Source: Yuukianura sp. NJ FZ-2021
Lineage: Eukaryota
Direction: 5' to 3'
Length of the DNA: 64,000 nt
NCBI GenBank assembly: GCA_046563655.1
Contig: CM102283.1
Coordinates: 3,286,001-3,350,000, forward strand
Shown here: piece by piece, positions 10,158 through 20,692 of the stretch
Layout of the letters: each line of letters begins with the position of its first letter
Numbering within the stretch: the first letter of the stretch is position 1
Notes under the pieces: model-generated
Told to the model about the DNA's origin: nothing
Database searches by the model: none
What the model saw: the letters and a program-made list of their open reading frames with translations, nothing else
Made by a program: the position numbers and the translations under genes

Positions 10158-10863
10158 TTTGGTACTGATGATTATGTAGAGAGAAGAGGGGAAGGATGAT
10201 CAGCTGAGATGATATAGGAACTGTCCGTCCGGTGTCGGTCCAAAAGTTGAAATTTTTCAACTTTTGGGGGTCCCATCTCCTCCTTTGGGAAGAGTTGACG
10301 GCGTAAAATGTGACGGAGGCAGCCGTGAGGCAATGTGAACACCTCACCCGTCTTCCGCCGTCAACTTTCTCTTCCGTCGTCCAACTCACCGCCGGTGAGT
10401 TGGTTTGATGTGAATGGATACGCCGTCACAACTGCCGTCGGCAGTTGTTGCGGCGTATCCAGTGTGAAAGAGGCTTAAGTGCGCAGGTTTTTCGGAATAA
10501 AAGCTTTTCAATTATAATATTATTATGCTGTAGAACTAACGTTATCGGTGATGGTAATGGATTTGGTAACCTTGGATTTTGAGTGAGTGTAAGAAAAGTG
10601 CCGGGAGTGGAAAGTGGGGGAAACACACCCCCTTCGGGAGGTCATTCAGTATGCTTTAGAAAACTGCCCTATTGCTATTATCATTGACACACACACTGAT
10701 ACCCCTTCAAAAATTCTATTTCCGTGACCACATTTTCCGGCCCAACAGTGAACGTCGTGTCCTTAAAGGTACGTTCCATGCGTAGCCGTCCATAAGGGTC
10801 CACCCATAAGTGTCCGTCCATAAGTGTCCCTCAATATGGATCCGATCACGTTGAGTAAAAATA

Positions 10864-11979
10864 CCGTAAATCTTCAAATAATGCCCCTCCCTCAAATAAT
10901 ACCCCATGTCCCTATTAGTACCCCTCCCCCCGGAGGTCTCGAAAGAAATAGTGCCCCCTCCCTAATAGTGCCCCTCCCTCCTAATAGTACCCCTCCCCAT
11001 TCTTCTCACATGTAGGTGATGAGGAGAACTGGAGTGTAGTACTTCTGAATTTCAAATCAAAGCAGCAGCCGGCTTGTTCAACGTTTTCTTTGCCAAAACA
11101 AAATGAGTTTAAATACTAAGAAAAGGTCATTTGACCTTGAGTTTAAATTAAAAGTTGTTCATTTCGCTAAACTGAAATCGATTGGAGCGGCAGGCAAAGA
11201 ATTTGGAGTTGATCGTAAGACCATACGGGCCTGGAAGTCTAAGGAGACTGCGATTGGTAACCGATTTTAATTCTGAATTAAAAGAAAAACAATGTGTTTT
11301 TTAACTTCAGTTCAATTTGTAGTTTCAGAATTAAAATTGCGAAAAGGGAAACTCAGTTTGAAGAGACTTGGTGGTGGTGGCAGGAAAAAGTTCATTCCTG
11401 ACCTTGACGACACCCTGTTTGATTGGATCATGACCCAGCGAATGAAATATTTGAAAACTTTTAACGCCAGTGTTGGCTGGCTGAACCGGTTCTTGAAACG
11501 ACACTGCTTATCCCTCAGACGACGGACCACTGTTGTAAATTATCAACACTTATTTTGTTCGTCTCTAACACTAGGAATCTGCGTAAAGTAACTTCGGCAA
11601 GCATAATCGCAATGGACGAAACAAGTTTGTGGTTTGATATGATAAGCAACACGACGGTTGCACCGACCGACGTAGACGATGAGGAACAAGAGAAGATTGA
11701 AGTTTTAATCGAATCCAGTGATGATGAATCGGCTGAGATCGCTCCTGATGACACAGACTCGAGTAGTGACGTCGAGTAGTTACTAGAACATAGTTTGGTT
11801 TCTTTTGATTGGGTTTGATTATTAAAATTTGTATTAAGAACACGGTTACGGGAATTGATCATTTCTGTTTGGTAAATAATGCCCCGTCTCTAATAGTGCC
11901 CCATGTCCCTATTAGTGCCCCTCCCCCAAGGGTCGTCGAAAGAAATAGTGCCCCGGGGGCATTATTTGAAGATTTACGG
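10864..11979 (+). mobile_element. Internally deleted pogo-family DNA transposon
   Basis: 24-bp TIR CCGTAAATCTTCAAATAATGCCCC; TA TSD at 10862-63 and 11980-81; subterminal TAGTGCCCC repeats; transposase remnants inside. Confidence 0.9.
11103..11779 (+). pseudogene. pogo transposase remnant
   Basis: MSLNTKKRSFDLEFKLKVV...FGVDRKTIRAWK (N-terminal HTH); FNASVGWLNRFLKRHCLSLRRRT (CENP-B/Tc5 HTH); IIAMDETSLWFD (first D of DDD) in another frame. The rest of the catalytic domain is missing. Confidence 0.85.
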
Positions 11980-12177
11980 TAGTTGGAACCAAGGGATCAA
12001 CAACAATGGAACTATTTCAGCTCTTATTTTAGAGTTGTGGAATTTTTTTTTGGAATCGAGTTGATTTTCCGAAAAAGCTTCAGACCGATTTGAGAAGTTG
12101 AAGTAGAACTTGAAACTGTTGCAATCTTGACTGACGGAGTTTTTAAGGTTGTTTGATTTGGCGATCCCTTACTGGCC

Positions 12178-13642
12178 ATGACATCCATTTTTGTAGTAAG
12201 TCTTTCACAAATATTTCGATATCATTATCAACAAATTTGTCCGTTCATATTAATTAAATATGTATTATAAAATATCCTTTGACGTTTGGCTGTTTTTCAT
12301 TCAGAATTCGCTTGGTGTCTTACTGCTTGGCTTTGCAGTTGTACCCGTCATCGGCATCTTAGTAGCCTCAAGACTTTGGTCAACTTCGGTCATTTATAGG
12401 AGTTTGCCTTGGAAGCAGCTGTGCATCATTTACGTAGGCGGTGTAATAAATTTCGCCTATCACATCATACGATTCATTCGACATCGCCGACGCCTTAAAG
12501 CTGAAACCCGTCGTCTCATCCAACTTAGAAATGTAGGTTGCCGGTTCTACCGTATCAAGTCGAACACAATTTCGTCAAAAAGTGACAAGTTTGAACATTC
12601 GAAATCGTAAAACTACCCAGAACACTTTACCTAACTACTAACCAACTACCCAATTTCACGGCGTATAAGTCGCGGCTTATCTGATGTTTTTCTGGCCGAA
12701 CAGGAAATCAAAAAAAAATTTTTTTTCCAACTTTGGTTATTTCCACGATTGGTCTACTCCAAAACTAAGAAAACGTCCTCAATCATCCAAATTAATGTTC
12801 TTGACACTCTGTACCGTGATTTCTTTCCAAGATTTCAAGATCCACTCATAAACGGTGGTAAATATTACCTTCCTATGATTCCGGATTTTTCTGAGCGATA
12901 CAGTTTCATATTCAAACACCCGCTTATCCCAAAAATTTCGAATTTTAGCGTTAAATAATTTGTTCACGGAAATATGAAGTGGCTGCACAAACTTAATCTA
13001 ATTCGCCGGAAATGGAAATTACTGCGTAAAGTTTTGGACCATAATTAATTACACAAGGAGGCAGTTTTCCTTTTTTTGGTTTGGGAAAAACTTTTTCATT
13101 TCTCCCATACGTTGTTCATCCGATCTTCAACCAATTCGCCGTTAATGCAGCCTCTTGAATTGGCTCGAATAAGAATTCCAATTGGATAGTTTTCTATATA
13201 CCCTTCGATGTGTTTTTGTCCTTCCATGCAAATATCCTCCACTGATTATTCTTAAAATCTACACTATTTTCAAAAAAAAGATGAATAATGAAAAATAATT
13301 TGCTACTATAATAAAATAGCAATTACAAGGGTTAACACACAAGCACTTGTCGCCGTGTGACAGATTTGAGCCAATTTCACAAATCTTATACCCAACGCAT
13401 TATATTTGGGTGCGACCTATACGCGAGTGCGACCTATACGCCCTGAAATAGGGTAGTAGATTTTTTCGTATTTGTTACGGTTTACCTTTCCACTGTTTGA
13501 CCATTTTGCCTGCTCCTGAGTTTTGCAAACGATGTTAATTGTTGTAGTTACTATTTCATTAGTTGTTGTATTAATTGTTGAGGTGTGGTGTAATTCGGAT
13601 TAATTTATTTTCTAGAGGTACTACTGCAGGAAGCGGGGGTGA
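12178..13642 (+). CDS. Small orphan membrane protein A (about 90 aa, two hydrophobic segments), 3 exons
   Basis: Exons 12178-12195 (GCCATG; MTSIFV|GTAAGT), 12305-12532 (NSLGVLLLGFAVVP...ETRRLIQLRN|GTAGGT) and 13616-13642 (RYYCRKRG*), with AATAAA near 13715. Same exon layout as the paralogue at 19505. Confidence 0.55.
12649..13453. mobile_element. TA-flanked MITE (pogo/Tc1-mariner type) in the intron of orphan gene A
   Basis: Left CCCAATTTCACGGCGTATAAGTCGC versus right reverse complement CCCTATTTCAGGGCGTATAGGTCGC (3 mismatches). TA at 12647-48 and 13454-55. Confidence 0.7.
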
Positions 13643-14023
13643 AGATGGACCTTGGTAGTTTGTGTTATTTGTACCTATTTCAAAATGTAGTCGTTTTTTT
13701 TTACTTTTATTAGTAATAAAAATGTAGTATACCTGAACTTAAATGTCTGTGTAATTAATAACGGATTTGCCAATGCACACGTTCAGAAAACGCTTATAAA
13801 TCTTACAAAAAAAACAGTTACCTAATTATAACGAATAATACATATAATTTTTTGAAGCACCTGTAATTTATTTTTTTAAATTAACTAAAACAATTAATTC
13901 GACAATTAATATTTGGAACAATGGTGCAAATACTGTACTAACAATTCTGCCCATGTACTAGGGGGGGGGGGGGCACGCTGACACGTCGGACCTGCAACGC
14001 GCAAAATTTAAATTCACAACCTA

Positions 14024-16388
14024 TGAGGGGAGATCGACTGCTTTTCAACACGATTTGCTGCAAGCTTTTTTTACAAAACACAAGCAAAAATTCCTTGCAG
14101 AAAATGGAGACGAACATTTTCTGCAAGCTTTTTTCTTGCAGAAAATCGAGGCGTTGTTATAAGAAGCTCGCGGAAAATCGAGACGTTGTTATAAGAAGCT
14201 TGCGGAAAATCGAGGCGCTGTTATAAGAAAAGCTCGCGGAAAATCGAGGCGCTGTTATAAGAAAAGCTCGCGGAAAATCGAGACGTTGTTATAAGAAAAA
14301 CTTGCAGAAAATCGAGGCGCTGTTATAAGAAAAACTTGCAGAAAATCGAGGCGCTGTTATAAGAAAAACTTGCAGAAAATCGAGGCGCTGTTATAAAAAA
14401 AAACTTGCAGAAAATCGAGGCGCTGTTATAAGAAAAACTTGCGGAAAATCGAGGCGCTGTTATAAAAAAAACTTGCAGAAAATCGAGACGCTGTTATAAG
14501 AAAAGCTTGCAGAAAATCGAGGTGCTGTTATAAAAAGCTTGCGGAGAATCGTGGTGTTGTTATAATTCCTAATGCCACATGCGCAGTCCGCTCTAGAGAA
14601 GATCTAAACCGAAAAAGTCGTGCGCCACCAACGCCCCGCCTTTGTAAGAAATAACTTTAGAAGTTATAAAGTAAAATCGACATACACATTTACTGTTAAA
14701 TTTAATTAATTTTAATTTTAATTAAATTTAATTAATTTTAATTTTGTTAATCCTTTATTCATCAGCTTTAATCATGTACTATATAAACATCAAGGTGTTT
14801 TGACAACGAGATATTTTTTCTTTAAAGACCACTGTACGACCGATCAATGCGATCAATTTGGTGCCAATTTTGCTTACAAATGAAAAAACAAGACCTATTT
14901 TTAATTTATTTTTAATTTTCTAAAAGAATTTTTATCTCCGCCTTGTTTTAATTTAAATTGTCAACGACCAAGCTGTTAGAATATTAGAGGTGACGCTTTC
15001 CGAGGTTGCTGTAGGCTGGTCAACGACAGAGAATGAACTTGAATAAATTCATTTGGGAAAATTTTGCTAAACAAATTCGGAAACCGAGTTATTGCGTAAC
15101 CTCTCAAACAAAAGCTTTTATTTGTTTATCAACTTTGACAAATATTGCTTTCGTTCAACTAGAATCAACAACTGTAGGCTTCAAACTGTATGCTGGAAAC
15201 TTGAAACGTTTATTCCACCTGCATGAAAGGAATTTTTGTATAGTACAAAATGTAACTGATTAATTATAACGGTAATGAATATGTCCATTTCAATTTATAA
15301 CTTGTTCTAAACTTGTTTCTAAGAAAGCTAAAACACGGTGGCGCACAACTCTTTGTGCTTTGATATTCTCTTAAAGCGGACTGCGCAAGTGCTTGGCAAC
15401 TTAGTGAATACAAAAGCCTTCAGGGCCGGCGGCATGCAGGTTTTGGCCTAACCGCTGAATAATTTGAAATCAAATTATAACAAACTATACATTCGGATTA
15501 TTAGTTTCCTTAATGATTGATTAATTAGTTAATTATTTATTGTACTTCTAAGAGTTGTTATTACCGCCATAACACATCATTACTATTTACATGTTTCAGT
15601 TTTAATTATACATTTGGATAATACTGTTAATACATTATAACAGTAATAATCATTTTATAAAACTTGTAGGTACTTAATATGAGTCTGGTATGATTCAGCA
15701 TATCAATGTGTAATGTGCTAGCTCGATATATCATTGGTTAAACAATAGTAATATTTAGAGGTGTTGTACACGACCAACTTTTATAAGTACACAAAATAAT
15801 TATTTATTTAATTAATTAATAAATACCGAAACTAGTAAAGCCAATGTGTACTTTGTTATAATTTGAATTCAATTTCTTTTAAAATTAGGCCGAACGTTGG
15901 TCGCACACGGCCCTGAGTGCTTTTGAATTCCCTAAGAGCGGACTGCGCATGTGGCATTAGGAATTATAACAACACCACGATTCTCCGCAAGCTTTTTATA
16001 ACAGCACCTCGATTTTCTGCAAGCTTTTCTTATAACAGCGTCTCAATTTTCTGCAAGCTTTTCTTATAACAGCGCCTCGATTCTCCGCAAGCTTCTTATA
16101 ACAACGCCTCGATTTTCTTATAACAGCGCCTCGATTCCCCGCATGTTTCTTATAACAGCGCCTCGATTCTCCGCAAGTTTTGCTTATAACAACGCCTGGA
16201 TTTTCTGCAAGCTTTTCTTATAGCAACGCCTCGATTCTCCGCAAGCTTCTTATAACAATTTTCGATTTTCTGCAAGAAAAAAGCTTGCAGAAAATGTTCG
16301 TCTCGATTTTCTGCAAGGAATTTTTACTTGTGTTTTTTAAAAAAAAGCTTGCAGCAAATCGTGTTGAAAAGCAGTCGATCTCCCCTCA
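14024..16388. mobile_element. Foldback-type element with long inverted arms built from about 31-bp tandem repeats
   Basis: Termini TGAGGGGAGATCGACTGCTTTTCAACACGATTTGCTGCAAGC and its reverse complement; TA flanks. Arms at about 14024-14595 and 15935-16388 contain AAAATCGAGGCGCTGTTATAAGAAAAACTTGCAG units. Confidence 0.85.
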
Positions 16389-17120
16389 TAACAACCTGCA
16401 TTATTTCCACACCTGTGCACCAGCCAAAATAGCGATCCAGGCTGGCTCGCTCCAGCGAGCCGAGCCAGCGGGCCAGGCTCGGGTCGGATCGCTGTGTTTG
16501 ACTGGTTCGGCTCGGATCGCTGTGTTTGACTGGTTCGGTTCGGCTCGGATCGCGGACTTAATTTTGTGGCTCGGCTCCGATCGCGGATCGCGACAAATTT
16601 TCTTGGCTCGGCGAGCCAGGCGAGCCGAGCCATTAGCCACATTTTGGATCGCTTCTTTAGCGATCCAACAGAAAAATCAGAAGTGTGAGGGGAGATAGGT
16701 TATTAACTTATAGGTTAATAATTATGAATTATTATATAATACCAATTCATTACATCCAATTCACATTATTATTTGATTATTATTATTAATAATTAAGAAC
16801 AATATTAATTATAGTAATAAAATAAATATTAATCATAATAATTAATAATAATATTAATATTAATAATAACGATTAATAATTATAGTATTATTTAACTTTA
16901 TAATATTAAACTCTAATAATATTTAGTTATTATTGTATTATATGATTATAGTACAGTTTTTGTCCGAATAGTATTAAACTCTAAAACTTATTAGTATTAT
17001 AATTATTGCTACATATTATTATATTAAATTTTTGTCATATTATACAATTAGATACTTTGTCACTATTTTATAACTAATTTCACAGTTTAATTTAAATAAA
17101 GTTTTATTTAGTATTATATA

Positions 17121-17398
17121 CAGGGTGTGGCATGTAGAAGTAGACGCCTAAATTTCATTATTATGGCTAAGAAACTTACTAAAGTGCATTTTCCCTATTT
17201 ATGGAAATTTAAAAAATTCCAAAATATTTTTTATTATAAACACCGTCACACCTTCTGACGTTCCACAGCATAGTTTTGGAATATTTCACGATTAGGCTAA
17301 AATATTCCTTAAAGTGTTTATCTGCTATAGTTTTCTTCCATAATTCCTTAAACAAAGAAAGTATTTTTTTAGCGTCTACTTTTACATGCCATACCCTG
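17121..17398. mobile_element. Tc1-like MITE
   Basis: CAGGGTGTGGCATGTAGAAGTAGACGC / GCGTCTACTTTTACATGCCATACCCTG; TA TSD at 17119-20 and 17399-400. A related internal fragment occurs at about 29350-29425. Confidence 0.85.
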
Positions 17399-17624
17399 TA
17401 TTTTACTATAATCGAATACTGTAATAACCAAGTCTACTGTTAGCGTCACCAGAAACACTTTGTCCAAAAATATGGTAAAATTTAATTATAATATAATGAG
17501 ATTTATTATTTAAGCCAGTTAATTTTTAATTATCGCGGTTGCATTATTAATTATGTACGTTGATAATAAGACGTCTTTGATCAGACTAGTATGTCGTATA
17601 TGATTAGAAAATCGATGGAATAAT

Positions 17625-18013
17625 CAGGGTTGCTGAATATCCACTTTTCGACATTTCGTCCACGGCTGGATATACAGTGGAAGAAATGCACGAAATGGAT
17701 GAACCCAAAGGGGCAGAGCTTTACCCGCGAACTTTAAATTAATTAAATGCGAAAAGCATAAACAATTCAAAATACCGTACAAAAATTAAGAAAGTATCGT
17801 TTTTGTATGAGTTTTAATTAAATAATTAATTTTTACGAGAAACTCTTTGCGATATTATTTTGTAAATTTTGAGTTTGATTTTTTTTAATTTTGCGCTAAA
17901 TTCTTCAATTCTTCCATCGACTAAAAGTTTCATCCATTTCGGGTGCACTACTTCCAGTAGGTATCCGGTGGAAGTGACAATTATGCCACTGGATGTTTAA
18001 TCCAACAACACTG
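17625..18013. mobile_element. hAT-like MITE
   Basis: Ends CAGGGTTG...CAACACTG; 8-bp flanks GGAATAAT (17617-24) and GGATTAAT (18014-21) match 7/8. Confidence 0.65.
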
Positions 18014-18129
18014 GGATTAATACACTACGTTACATTAGATATATTTAATGGAAGCAATGGGCTATTGGTCTAATTTTTGTATATTTATTATATTTAGTAG
18101 TTTATATAACTAGTAATTAATAGTTTGGT

Positions 18130-18345
18130 GGGGCGAGTTGGCTCAGTGGTTAAGCAATCAATGCTTCTCCACTGGCCGACCTGAGTTCGCACCCAGTCAG
18201 CGGGGAAGAAAAAAAGAAGTCGAGGCCGTGGGTCCTCCCTGTCCCGAAGCAGGGAGGCAAGTGCTGGACTTCTCATCTTTCCAGCGGCTGCTGTGTGGAC
18301 ACCCCTAGATAAAGGAGTGTAGTGGGGGTGCCGCATTTGCAAACA
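18130..18345 (+). mobile_element. tRNA-derived SINE-like sequence (3' boundary uncertain)
   Basis: Pol III A box TGGCTCAGTGG (18139-49) and B-box-like GTTCGCACCC (18185-94) at tRNA spacing; GC-rich body in an AT-rich context; no complete cloverleaf. Confidence 0.65.
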
Positions 18346-19504
18346 CTGCCTGCCGTGGTTACAGAAGGAGCTGACCATGAGTCAGAGGTGTCTGTAATCG
18401 TCAATGTACGGCGGGTAAGAGTGCGCAAAGTTGTGGTAGTTGCCTATTACAACTCCTTGAATCCGTCCATTAAGCAAAAATACTCATTCAATCTGATTTG
18501 CCTATCAATTACGGACGACCTCCGTAAGAGAATAGCATTCAGATTACCATAATGTGTATTTGCTCATAAAAGGACAAAAAATAACGCTGTTTCTGAAGGG
18601 GTAGACTGAAATATACCATCAGCGTATGCTCAGCGTGAGTCAGTTACCTAACTATAGGTGACTGCTCCCCCCAATAAACATATAATTAATAGTTTGTTTA
18701 TATAATTAATTGTTTACTTTAATATATAACTCACGACTTCTGTTATTTTGTATTGTTTTATTGGTTGCAAACTGGAATTTTAAAGCAATTCTCCCCTCAT
18801 GCTTTTTTGTCTTTGGATCGCCGAACCAACAGCGAATTTTAGCGAGCCAGCGATCCAAACACCTGTTTTTTGGCTTGCTCGGCTCGGCACGGCTCGCTAA
18901 GAAAATTTACTGGCTCGGCTCGGCTCGGATCGCGGATCGCTGACTTTCCTTTTTGGCTCGGCTCGGTTCGGATCGCGACAAAAATTTGCTGGCTCGGCTC
19001 GGATCGCGGATCGCTACAGTTTGTGTTGGCTCGGCTCGCTTGGCTCGGCGATCCAAGTAATGCACAGGTGTTATCATTTGCACACTCCCGCTTTCTGCCG
19101 AGTACGACAAGAGGTTACTCTTCCGTCTAATGTTCACCGCACCAGACGTAAGACTAACTTTAAAAATATGTTAAATAAAAGATATAATTAGGTGGATTAA
19201 TTAAACTTAAAGGCGAATTAACTTTTAAACAACATATGATATTTTGGCTTACAATAATAAATGATAATTAACTTAAATTTATCTATCTTTTAACATCAAT
19301 CCCCATATCTGATGGTTGGGGCTAGGTGAGAGTTGCAACTCACACAAAAATTCGTTTGTTTGCAAACCTGCGGTGATTTTGGAAAGAAGCATTTGATTTT
19401 GTGATTTTGATTGACGCAACGGTAATTCGTAATTTAATTAAATTGTAGTATTTGTATTTAACCTCTTCATTTGGCTACTTCGCATTTGATCTTCCACATT
19501 CACC

Positions 19505-20692
19505 ATGACACCCTTCTTTGCAGTAAGTGTTTATATTTGCTTGATTCATATTTGTTTTTATACTTATTTTATTTTTCATTGAATGTTGGCTAAGTAAAGC
19601 GATCTTAGTCTGTTTTTACTTGACCTATGAAAACCCAAAAACGACCTGTACGAAAGTAAAACAGACTTAGGTCACTTTACTATCTAAGGGCGTGGCACGT
19701 AAAAGTATACACTTCTAATTAGTTGCTAGTAGTTACATGCTATGGATAATCGACTTTCCCGTGGAAGATTGGGAGCTCTGGACTCCGGAGTCTGGACTGG
19801 AGGAAGAATTTTTACTTTGCTTGATCTAATCCATGGTTTTACATTCATAAAACTTAATTCTTCAAACATAACCAAGTCAAATTCCGCAAAATAAACAAGT
19901 TGCTTATTGCTGAAGTGTATACTTTTACGTGCCACACGCGTGGAATATTATGTGGTATAACCGCTGCGGATTGTTAACGGCTGGCATTATTGTGTATTTT
20001 AGATTTTGGCAACAGACTTACTGGTCATCGCGGTTGTACCCTATTGTATTTGGGAAGCTGCTATCCTGGATGACTTGCATATTGGCATTGATCCTAAGGT
20101 GTTGGTGAAAGCTATAGAAGTTCTTTTGTGGTACCTCGTTGTGATAACTGCGTTGGCCTACATCAATAAGGTGCTGTATGAGCAGCAACTTGAGGAGAAC
20201 CGACGTCTTCAGCGAATAATAAATGTAAGTTCCTGTTTCAAAACAGTCCTGTAGTACTAATTGATTGGGGATATTGCAAGTAGGGAGATTTTAGCAATTG
20301 GGGAAATTGCCATAATGCAATAAAATTATTTTCATCATTTTCAAAAATTCGAAATTTTTGAGAGTGAGTCAAAAAAAATCCGAGTTATTATAGTAATGTT
20401 TGACCCAATATTTTCCTGTGAAAATTTCAGAATAATAACTCCTGACGACTCCAACAAACTCTTGACCTTTGAGCGATTTCGACTTTGGCCGTATTTAATA
20501 CTTTGACTCTCCAATATAATATTTGTACATTCACGACTATTCCAAAATAATTGAAGACTCTGCACGTGCACATGCGAATAAGGGTAAGTTCTAAAACCAT
20601 AACCTTGAGGGTCTTAAGGGGTCATTTACGGTGTTTATTTGCCTTGTATTTTGTAGGGGTTCTCCGGGAAGTGCCGATTTCACGAATCATAG
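19505..20692 (+). CDS. Small orphan membrane protein B (about 91 aa), paralogue of gene A; last exon overlaps Rcd-1 copy 2
   Basis: Exons 19505-19522 (ACCATG; MTPFFA|GTAAGT), 20003-20224 ([13 protein letters not shown]...[16 protein letters not shown]) and a putative 20657-20692 ([11 protein letters not shown]). Confidence 0.5.
19692..19935. mobile_element. MITE-like element with 24-bp perfect inverted repeats in intron 1 of gene B
   Basis: GTGGCACGTAAAAGTATACACTTC (19692-19715) and its reverse complement (19912-19935). TSD not evident. Confidence 0.55.

Larger units (their letters stand above)
3455..10475. mobile_element. PIF/Harbinger-like non-autonomous element (about 730 bp own sequence) split by the LTR retrotransposon
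   Basis: About 56-bp perfect TIRs: AGCCTCTTTCACACTGGATACGCCGCAACAACTGCCGACGGCAGTTGTGACGGCGT at 3455 and its reverse complement ending at 10475. TAA TSD at 3452-3454 and 10476-10478. Confidence 0.88.
16410..19070. mobile_element. Degenerate repeat element with GGCTC/GGATC pentamer blocks at both ends (about 16430-16670 and 18815-19055) around an AT-rich core with nested insertions
   Basis: CACCTGTGCA at 16410 and TGCACAGGTG at 19061 are inverted; both ends have ggctcggctcggatcgcggatcgc blocks. No TSD found. Confidence 0.5.

Noticed and set aside
14140-16260. Regular 31-bp repeats as a CRISPR array
   Set aside because: The units are head-to-tail with no unique spacers, the context is eukaryotic and there are no cas genes; they are foldback arms. 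The same applies to 46158-46500 and 51868-52078.
18130-18205. Functional tRNA gene
   Set aside because: A and B boxes are present, but the acceptor and anticodon stems do not pair convincingly; treated as a SINE head.
16180-19137. ORFs rich in ARLGS/AEPS
   Set aside because: They are translations of GGCTC pentamer repeats.
20572-20583. ATGCGAATAAGG|GTAAGT as a replacement first coding exon for Rcd-1 copy 2
   Set aside because: Splicing it to 20657 is out of frame with Rcd-1.
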